This document shows, piece by piece, positions 53,934 to 64,000 of a DNA stretch of 64,000 nucleotides. Each line of letters starts with the position of its first letter. Position 1 is the first letter of the stretch. The stretch comes from Octopus sinensis. Taxonomy: Eukaryota. The notes below the pieces were generated by a model that saw only the letters and a list, made by a program, of their open reading frames with translations, did no database searches and was not told the origin of the DNA. The stretch lies in assembly GCF_006345805.1 (NCBI RefSeq), contig NC_043001.1, positions 69,068,001 through 69,132,000 on the forward strand, in the 5' to 3' direction. Both the position numbers and the translations under genes were made by a program.

Positions 53934-55223
53934 CGACGGACGTTCAATAAGTAATGCCTCTGACCCACTTGCAATTGGTTGATCTAGCTGAGATTTTGCA
54001 TGTGCAATTATTTCTATCTCTATAGATTAAGTAGCAAATTAAAGCTCTGAACTAATTGTGGTTTATGATTTACAGGTGTTTGAACTCAGTCAAGTGTGAA
54101 ATGGATTCTGTTGAGTGTCGAGCAGTGATCCGGTTTTTGTATTTGAAAGGACGCACACCACGGGAGACTTTCGATGAAATGAAAGTAACTTATGGTGATG
54201 ATGCTCCATCATATGACCTTGTAAAACGCTGGCATCGTGAATTCAAGCATGGTCGGAACTCTGTGGAAACAGCTCCCAGATCTGGTCGCCCCCCTTCTGC
54301 CATTGATGAGGCATCTGTCCGTCAATTGAGGCTGCGATTTTGGAAGATCGACGCATAACTATTCGCCAAATAGCCCATGAGGTCAAGATTAGTACCGGGT
54401 CCGTGGAAACTATCATTCATGACCATTTGCATATGCAAAAGGTGTCTGCCATATGGATTCCCAGGTTACTCACACCATTCCAGAAGCAAGAACGCGTCGA
54501 GTGCTAGAGGATGAATTTGGAGATGTGCCAAGAAGATGAGTCAAAATTTTTCAGAAGACTGATTACACAGGATGAAACCTGGGTCGATCACTATGGTCCA
54601 GGCACCAAAGCCCATTCAATGCAGTGGAAGCACCGTGACTCACCTCCTCCAAAGCAGGCAAGGGTGCAGCCCTCCGCTGGCAAGGTCGTGCTCACAGTCT
54701 TCTGGGACCAGGACGGAGTAGCGATGGCAGATTTCCTAGCAAAGGGTACCTCAATTACAGGAGCCTATTATGCTTCACTCTTGAGGGAATTAAGAGAAGC
54801 TATCAAAATCAAGAGGCGGGCAAGATCAGCAAAGGCATCCTCCTCTTGTTGGACAACGCTCCGGTCCACAACTCGCGTGTCGCCAGATCAGAAGCACAGA
54901 CGTGCGGCTATGAACTCCTCCCCCATCCCCCTACTCTCCTGACCGTGCACCCTCTGATTTTCACCTCTTCCCAGCCACGAAGTTGTTTTTGAAAGGAAAG
55001 CGTTTTGCAAATGATGCAGCCTTGATTTCTGAAGTCACATCGTGGTTGGAGGACCAAGCTGGAGTCTTCTACAAAAACGCTCTCCAGAGCTGCATCAAAC
55101 GATGGGAGAAATGCGTAACTCTGGGTGGTTCCTATGTAGAAAAAGACTAATAACTGTGCCAAGTTTCGTTGCTCTACTGCTATGTGAAGTGGGTCAGGGA
55201 CATTAATTATTGAACGCCCCTCG
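53934..55223 (+). mobile_element. Mariner (DD34D) transposon, second copy, defective transposase 54101-55150
   Basis: TA/cgacggacgttcaataagtaatgc...cattaattattgaacgcccctcg/TA. Colinear and highly similar to 35889-37161. Confidence 0.97.
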
Positions 55224-57043
55224 TAGTTATGAATTCCTTGTTGATGCACTCTGGATATTTTTCCAACGAAAATAAATTTGAGGATTTTTATTCCATTGTC
55301 GTGTGGGATATTAGTTTACAGCTTCACAATATCAAAGGCTTTCACAACTGCCTCTTCATTGATTGCTTTTGGGAGGTGGATTAGCATATCTAGATCGTAG
55401 GATGCCCAGAACATAGCTTACGTTTCACATGGTGGTCCAGTTGTAATAGATCTTAATTGTAAATCTCTTGGTTATTGAACATTGGTGTATATGTCTAGTG
55501 ATTCATTCTTGGCTTCATCAATCATCTGGCTTCTGTGGATTTTTGGAAAACACCATAGAAATGTCTAAGTTAATACATTTAAAATTTATTATATAGTCGA
55601 TTCTTTTGCCTGTTATATCTTTTCTGTGTAGGTGAAATGAGAAAGAAAGATTTTATACACTTACTAGGACAATTATATATCTATAAACTGCACTTTAAAA
55701 TTGACGGAAAATTTTTTAGATGAAAGAAAAGAATATATTTTGGAGTTTATAGGATACCAGGACAAATCAATGAAGCTATTTATGCTCAATTATTATGCAT
55801 TAAGAATCGGTAAATATCAATTTGCTGTAGGTCTTGATATTATACTTTTTTCCTATGAGTCTCAATTAGAAGTTTTCGATAGAACGATATAAATCTCATT
55901 TCATAATAGAATGAGATTTCGCCCAGAAATCACGGAGATTCTTGGATGGAATAATTTGTGCCACATTTTTGTAACATTACTATTAGGATGAAGAAACGAA
56001 TGTATAAATTGAATATTGTGCTAATTATTAAATTAACCATCAACCCTAAGGGCGTAAATGCTAATGAAGTTTTCACGTTTAAAACATTTGATATTCTTGC
56101 AGCTGGTATGATATGGAAAATATTAACCCTGAGAGCAACGTACAAATTCGTATTGAATTTGGGCCTCAAATTTGGCTTGAATGAAACCTCGCTTCATTCG
56201 ATGATGCTCGCGACTTGAATCATTATGTTCAGATCGGCGTTAAATGAGGTGACACCAGAAACAGCTTATACAGCGTAATTTCTTAATGTATTTAGTTTTA
56301 TGTCACTATGTTATGAGTCCACGTTACATGATTGTCATATAATTCCATTAATTGAGGAAAACAAAGAGAGGGCGAGGGAGGTGGAAAGGAGAAAGGGACA
56401 CAGAGAAAGAAAGAGTGAAAGGGAGAGAAAGAGAGAGTGAGTGAGCGGCGTAATTGTATTGAATACTCAACAGAATTAGCTTCATGTCAGATTTCTGTGT
56501 CAGAAATTAAGTCTCACTTACGGATGTTGCTAAACGTTCCACTATTTAGATTTACAGTTCCGATTAAAGAACAGAAACCACTAAGATGTCTAACTAATCT
56601 GTCTACCGAGATATTTGATATTGCCTTCCTCATTGATATAACTGACTGTGAAATCTCAACCACAAACTAACAAATAACACACAAGATTAATTCAATATGT
56701 TCCTGCTGATTAGAGGGGGGGATATATGAAAATGGAGTCATTTCTGAAATTGTATTGACTCATCTAACGTAATCTGTGTGTCATACTGATTGAAGAGAAT
56801 GTAGTGAGTGGCAATTAGTTCTTTATCTTATGCAATCCGAACAAGATGAGAAGCTTACAATGTGGACTACGTCATCGATTCAAATGAAAAATATTATATT
56901 AATGAAAATTGTATTAATCTATAACATTCTGCAGAAAACCAGATACAATAATTGTGGTATTTGATCATCACATAATGTAAGTTAAATAAAACGCTTCTTT
57001 TGATCTGAGTTCATGTGTTTCTATAATTCAATCAGTTTTTATC

Positions 57044-57133
<90 letters not shown>

Positions 57134-57138
57134 ATGTA

Positions 57139-57199
<61 letters not shown>

Positions 57200-58216
57200 G
57201 GCTGTCCGTACATCTGTCGGTCCGTCCGACCATCCGTCTCTCTGTCCGTCTCTCCGTCCATCCGTCCGTCCATCTGTCTGTCTATCCCTCCATCTAGCTA
57301 TATAGATGTTTGTGTTTATACTGTTATAATCTTACTCTAATCTGTAGGATAACTTCAATACATTTTGTAGAGTACACATTTATTAGTATTTAACAAGAAT
57401 AGTATTGAAAGTGATTTTGAACTTTAGTGACTGCAGACCAACCAATTTTCACATCTATCCACATACTTATGAGAACATCTAAGCATAACATAACTAATTT
57501 CTATACTAAATACACCGCAATGTGCTTGACCGATAGCCGCCACCAGCCCAGAAGAAATAAGTGAAATCAAAATACACGAAACACCAAGTAAAGAAACCTG
57601 CTGACATACCTAAATTATCACACTTAATTACAAATATTTAAATGCTGGGCTGAACTCGGGACAATAGCCTTCACACTGCCAGAATAATTGGTTAAAACAC
57701 CCGTTCGTATCGAAATAAAACCAACAACAAATAAACATAGTGTCACGTCTGCTGACCAGCTAACCCTTTCCACCTACACAATTTGTGCCAATGTTGAGAG
57801 ATCTCATCAATATGTTCGTCTTGGTGTTTCAACCGAAAAGGAGGAATCACCGCCCGCTGTGGCATGCAGACCAGGTGGACCAGGCTATGGCTGGGGTACC
57901 ATTTTCAGACTGATTCTCAGGTCATATATGTACTGATCCTACATACGTACATACATGCATGCATACATACATACATACATACATACATACATACATACAT
58001 ACATACATACATACATACATACATACATACACACATACATGCACACAAATATGTGTATATGTTTATATGTGTATATGTTTATATGTGTTTCTGTCTGTCT
58101 ATCTGTATATCTAACTATAAGTCCCTCTCTCACTCTATGTGCGTGTATTTCTATCTATCTAAGTGTTTGTCTGTACCTCTGTCTGTCTACCTGCCTACCT
58201 GTCTTTGTATGTGTAA

Positions 58217-58274
<58 letters not shown>

Positions 58275-59224
58275 TGCATATACACTTACACACATGCATA
58301 TGTTCCTGTGTTTGAGTATTTGTGTACATGTATTTTAAATTGCAGCTGTAGCGTCTACCGCTTTTCTTTTTCTGAGTAATCCTATTTCCTTAAAATACAT
58401 TCTTTTCAATGGTATGAAAACATTCATAGAAGAATATAATATAGGAAAAATAAATTAAGAAATTTATCGTAACATGGCAGAAGAAGAACAAGATTATTCC
58501 ATGAATGAAATAATTTTAAAATTAAATTCATGTCATATGTTTCACGTAGCATAGTTTCTATTTTTTTTTGGCTGTTTAGACATGTTACAGGCAGACTGAA
58601 AAAAGTTTTTATTGACGAAAGAAGAATTTCAATATATGTGTATGTATATGTACTCATGTATGTATGTATGTATGTATGTATGTATGTATGTATGTATGTA
58701 TGTATGTATGTATGTATGTATGTATGTATGCATGTATGTGTGTGGTATGTGTGTGTGAGAGAGAGAGTAACTATTTTATTTGCGAAATAATCACATTATA
58801 ACACCTGTCTTCTGATATTCCTTCAGTTTATAGTCATGTCATTTCCAATATATTTCAGTTGCTATATTTTCATTTATATCCATAGCTGAATATTTGTAGA
58901 TGTTCTAATGAGATTTTGATTGACATAGCATACAACAACTTGAAATTAAGTTACCTTAGAAATACAAGCAAAAGGTTATAAAACCACCAACATTTAGAAA
59001 ACATTTGTTTCCAGTCCTCCGTAACAAAAATGATGTATCCATGTTTGGATACAGTTGAATATTCGGAGTAGAAAAGGACATCTGGCTGCAAAACATCTGT
59101 AGCTATGGATTCTGACAAACTTCATGGAAACTGAGAAGATGGCGGCGACGACAATGGCAATGATAATGAATTAAAATTTACTGTTCCTTATGGAGACTAC
59201 TCGTATAATTATGAAAAATGGTAC

Positions 59225-59542
59225 AGACTCCCTTCGGCTATGAATGACCATGGGATTGCACCTAGGAAGTTCCCCTCTGAAGCACAAGCCTGGACAAGGT
59301 TGTTTATGGAAGACTAGCCGTTGCCCATGCATACCAGCCTCTTCTCTCCACTTCAACGATGTTATCAAAGGAAACGACAAAGGCCAATAGAACTTGGCAC
59401 TAGTAACATCGCAACTCATTTGTACAGCTGAGTGAAATAAAGTGTCTTGCTTAAGAACTCAACACACAACCTGCTCCGGCAATCGAACTTACTACTTCGT
59501 GGTTCTGAGCTCGACGCTCTAACCACTGAGCCATGCGCCTTC
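59225..59542 (-). mobile_element. tRNA-derived SINE, third family
   Basis: Minus-strand head gaaggcgcatggctcagtggttagagcgtc (A box)...gttcgattgcc (B box)...cttaagcaagacacttt. Confidence 0.8.
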
Positions 59543-60269
59543 ATATTTTTACACCAATCTAAGGTGATTTGACCTCGTCATTCTTCTTTTCTCTCTCATT
59601 CTTCTCAACCGATCATTCTTTCTCTATTGCCTATCTTTACTCTAATATCATTCAACGTGTATAGCATTAATGACGTTATGTCAAACGTCAATTGATTTCA
59701 TCTATGTTATTTCGATTATAGGTGTGGGGATATGATAAAAATTATTTGGAAACCTTTAATGAAAATTACCTCGGTTGTTAAATGTCATTTTATAGATATC
59801 ATGGCGTGAGCCGCCATGGGATTTTATCTTTGACCCACGTGACGTGACGATTTTAAACACACACATCATATCAACGGTACTCCAACGACGTTGGTACAAT
59901 TGCTATATAGCAGTAAATTTTTGCCAAACATTTACATGTTACCGTGAAATAATTTCCATTAGGAAGAGAGGACTTATCTATACATACTTGAGCATAAGCA
60001 CTAAATGCAAACAAAATGAAATAAAGAACGAACAGTATTTTTGTAAATAGTTTTTTTTTTATTTATGAGACATTAAATACTAGGGAATGAAATGTTATCA
60101 GTGGCATTTTCTTATAATATCTTTCGCTCGAGCTCTTGAACAGGGTAATCGGTTTCCATAGTGCATAAATGACCGAGAATGCAACTTCCGCCTATTAAAC
60201 TAGATGCCGATCCGTTGCAGGGTTCAAGGGTCGGGAGAAAAGCCACTTGCATCAACCCGGTATATTACT

Positions 60270-60415
60270 GCTACATTATTTAACTACTACTTTATTTTAT
60301 CGACACCGATGATGACAAACTAAGTCGAAATTAGTATTATTTGAAATCAGAAGGCCAGAAGAAATGCCGCTCACCATTTTGTTTGAAGTGCTGTCGATTC
60401 TGCCATCTAACCATC
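60270..60415 (-). mobile_element. Decayed Nin/Deu-type SINE
   Basis: tactttattttatcgacaccg...aagtcga...tttgaaatcagaa...gattctgcca. Confidence 0.5.
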
Positions 60416-61768
60416 TTTCATCAAGATATACATCATTGTAAATCTCTTGTCCTGTATTAGAAGTTAAGAAAAATTCTACTGATTCAGTCTCGCTGTGCTG
60501 GAATGAATCATCAAATTTTTAGCCGTGTTTAGTTCATCCATCTGCCATGAAATTCGTCCACATATTTCAGATTATGAATTTGCATACAAGTTCATGGAAG
60601 GACTGAAAGAAAATTGGTTAACATTGTGCCTGTTTTGTTTAAGGGCTCGGATTCTCATTATTTCGGAAAGTGCAATCGTATTCATTTACCATCTTCGTAA
60701 ATTATATGTTGAACCATTTTGCACATAAAATTTTGAAATGATTAAGAAAACCTCTGCTACAGCTTATGTAGGAATTTGTTCCTCAATGAAAAATATAGAC
60801 GAAATAATTATCATGCGAAAGCGTGTATCATCGTAGATATCAGAGAAGGAAATGCAGCGTCAAAGTTAGAAAATTACTAAGTCCTATTTATGATCTACTC
60901 ATGCGCACACGCAAGATGGAAAACATTTATTTGTTAATTACTATAATTTACATTCTACCGTCAGCTATTACCAGGTCTCCTACAAGTTTTGAGTGCATGG
61001 TTCATAAATTGATGTACGATGGTTTAAATTGTATTTAAAAAAAACAACATAGATACACACACACAAACACACACATTCTCACAAACAAACACTTACTCTC
61101 ACTTATATATATATATACAAACATGTAGCGTATATGTATATGTACCTGCATAGGGCTGCGTTGTTCGCTGCATTTAGGTTCCACTATAATCAGCTCATCA
61201 TATTGTAACTTCCTGCTGAAATCTATATAGATTTATATATAGCTGTTCGTATTTTCCCTAATATATACTTAAACACTCTTATGGTGTTTACTATAGGCTC
61301 GATTTGATAGAATTACATCACTCGTTAATTTTTACTTCAGGGAATCGTTTTGGTAAAATATCTTCCACTTCCAATATTTCATTAATGCTCTTTCGTGACA
61401 AGGCCTCAAGTCTGTAGCAATTTACGATTCTCTATTTGTTGTTTATACTACCTGGAAACACTCAGCACCCTTCAGCTTTATACTTATATCCTACTTTATT
61501 GCCTGTTACTTTCTGTTCCATCTCTCAATACTTATTAGATTAAGTATTTCCATCCATGTTCCTCGTTCTGTTTCACGTAATTTAGATACACATACACACA
61601 GACGCAAACACATACATAGAAACATACACACACACACATACATACATACATACAAACATACATACACACACACATACATACATACATACATACATACATA
61701 CATACATAAATACATACATACATACATATAAATATATATTTATCTTTGCTTTTCTCTTATTCCATGTA

Positions 61769-61830
61769 TATTACCATAAGGATAATTATTACCATAAGGA
61801 TAATTCCTTGTGTATTACCATAAGGATAAT
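61769..61830. repeat. 18-bp unit tattaccataaggataat, three copies
   Basis: At 61769, 61787 and 61813. Confidence 0.85.
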
Positions 61831-61979
61831 TATTAAATTATACCCTTTCCTCGGTGCTTCCTTTTCTTCGTTTCCTCTTTATCTCACCTTTTCCTTCTTT
61901 TTGTTGCTATTGCTATTTACTTTCTACGTCTTTCCCAATTATCATACTTACATTAACTTTTATTACTGAATAATATATA

Positions 61980-62440
61980 TAGTTTTACGTAATTTGCTAC
62001 AAAACAACTCACTACCTGGGCTTGAATTTCTATTTGAAGGTAATCTATTTTACGTAACAAGATATTGTCTTAATCTGTCTCTGGATCTTTCCGGTTTCTT
62101 TCCTTGTTCACGATATACATTGAAAACTATGGGCCTATCTAAAGAATCTTGATAATTATCACAGATCGATATCGCTGTGAAGAATCAGTGGTCTTACACT
62201 ATATTTAATAACTTTTATCTACGATTATTGTTCGTATCCAAATTGGATAATCCAATCATACAAACTGAATTTATGCCCTGATATCAATGAAATCTGCACC
62301 AGTTATGGATTTGGGGTCGAGTTTACTACAATAGTTAATTACACTTCATAAAATTTTTGTATTTTCTCGTCATTTTTAATGTCGTTACTTTGTCATAGCT
62401 GTTATTTTTTGAACATTCTCGACTCACCAAAGAACAAATG
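61980..62440 (-). mobile_element. Possible ancient APE-endonuclease (RTE-like) relic
   Basis: Minus frame NDEKIQKFYEV*LTIVVNSTP loosely resembles the segment preceding the GDFN motif. Confidence 0.25.
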
Positions 62441-62471
62441 GCTATATATTAAACGATGGCGGTAGTGGTAG

Positions 62472-62507
<36 letters not shown>

Positions 62508-63419
62508 CGACGACGACGATGACGATAATCTCAAAATTGTTTCGTATCTGTTCTACAACCGCTGTATTTCAGAGACAGAAAAACGATCAAATTTCCTGGA
62601 ATCTTTGAAGGCCGATACCAACAGTTGCTTAATTTTTATATGCTTTAAGTCTTGTGACTGTCATTCACTATGATTTTATTATTCTGTCTCCTATGATTGA
62701 TCGATTGATTCTAGTTTCAGCTCATGAGCTGTGGCCATGCTGGGGCACCGCCATTATATGTATTTTTGCATATGAATCAGTTTTATTTTAATCGGTTTAA
62801 GCTTTCAAATGAAGTTACTTTACTGGCGTTTCTTAATTTGAAGTGTGTGTATTTACCTGGACGAGACATTGTGTACTTATCTCTTATTTTTCAAGGATTA
62901 TATCCATCTAAATGAAAGAGAATATTCAAATAAATGACAACTGAAGATTCCCACAACATTAAGGAAATAAAAAGACTTTAGATTTTCCCAAGACGAGATG
63001 GAATAATTTAACTATAAAAACTTATTAACAGAGAACTGAAAATCTACATCTCAGAAATACGCCTGCGTCGTACGGAAAATGATGAAGTTGCAAACGATAA
63101 TTGGCACCGAAAATGTGATTCGGCTCATTGGAGATATATATACATCAAATATTATTTTCAATATGATATAAAAAGAAAAAAGAGAAATATGACATCGCGA
63201 CTTTTGGCAACATTCCGAAGTAAGTGCATGTTGGGGAAAAAAGAATATCTCGTCAGAAGGTTTTAATTTTTGCATATATAGTGCACTTTAACGGCACTAT
63301 ATCCTACGACACTCTTTAAAATATTTTAATAGTTTACTCCAACGTAAACTGCTACCCTGCATTATACAGTTATTTTGATCGGTATAATTTCAAAGCAATA
63401 CTTTCATTAATAGTGTCAA

Positions 63420-63615
63420 GGGTTGCTATCCATACCGTTAGATCGCTAGCCACTACACATTCTTTATTTTATGTCCCTGTTTCTTTTTGTGTTCATTTCT
63501 TTGGAAGAGCGTAGGTTCGAAACGGTAAAGACTTTTTCAATTCCCGTGTTTAAACTAATACATCTGTTTGTTGTCTACAGTACCTGTCTTTTGTATTCTT
63601 TTGTGAAATCTCCCT
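63420..63615 (+). mobile_element. Penelope-type hammerhead-like repeat, copy D
   Basis: ttt-CTTTGGA-A-GAGC gtag GTTC-GAAA-CGGT-AAAG at 63496-63530, then aaactaatacatctgtttgttg, then (TA)n. Confidence 0.65.
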
Positions 63616-63628
63616 ATATATATGTATA

Positions 63629-63753
<125 letters not shown>

Positions 63754-63754
63754 T

Positions 63755-63786
<32 letters not shown>

Positions 63787-64000
63787 CATATATATATGTA
63801 TATATGTAGAGACACACACATACACACACGCACACATATACACACACACAAGCGCACACAAACACGCTCACATGCATACACATATATATATATAAATATA
63901 TTTATATAGCGTGCGTACATATATTCAAGCACATACATATGCAAGGGTGCATGCTTACTACGTTAAGAAAATACACCCGTAGATATATTCATATGGGGAT

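Noticed and set aside
59800-59818. catggcg-tgagc-cgccatg hairpin
   Set aside because: A 7-bp stem is expected by chance in 64 kb.
62255-62330. Tyrosine-recombinase-like QISLISGHK on the minus strand
   Set aside because: No other catalytic motifs nearby, and the context fits a decayed APE endonuclease at least as well.
63078-63125. Additional hammerhead (aTGATGAAG...CGAAAATGTGATTC)
   Set aside because: C3 is missing and stem I does not pair. It may be a relic but cannot be supported.

Overview
AT-rich, microsatellite-dense eukaryotic DNA with no host protein-coding gene I can support. The SINE families and (TA)n/(CA)n/(TATC)n/(AAT)n content suggest a coleoid cephalopod, probably Octopus (inference). 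The window is a transposon landscape: Tx1/L1-like LINEs, a Dong/R4 LINE in an (AAT)n tract, two near-complete DD34D mariners, a DD37E (TRT-like) Tc1 relic, tRNA-derived SINEs of at least three families, TIR MITEs and old RTE relics. About 3664-11950 is repeated in tandem as about 11951-20090, and this looks like an assembly overlap artefact. Most ORF-track entries are microsatellite noise. The most interesting signals are: (1) about ten type I hammerhead-ribozyme-like motifs in short Penelope-type (pLTR/retrozyme-like) units, mostly near (TA)n tracts, including one with an intact core in a 539-bp direct-repeat-bounded unit (37438-38031) and a multi-copy family with a non-canonical U6 core; (2) a five-fold ATTGG-N9-TGATGACGTC (CCAAT+CRE) array upstream of a TATA box; (3) a hairpin element with telomere-type repeats in its loop; (4) a nest of three elements in one trinucleotide tract.
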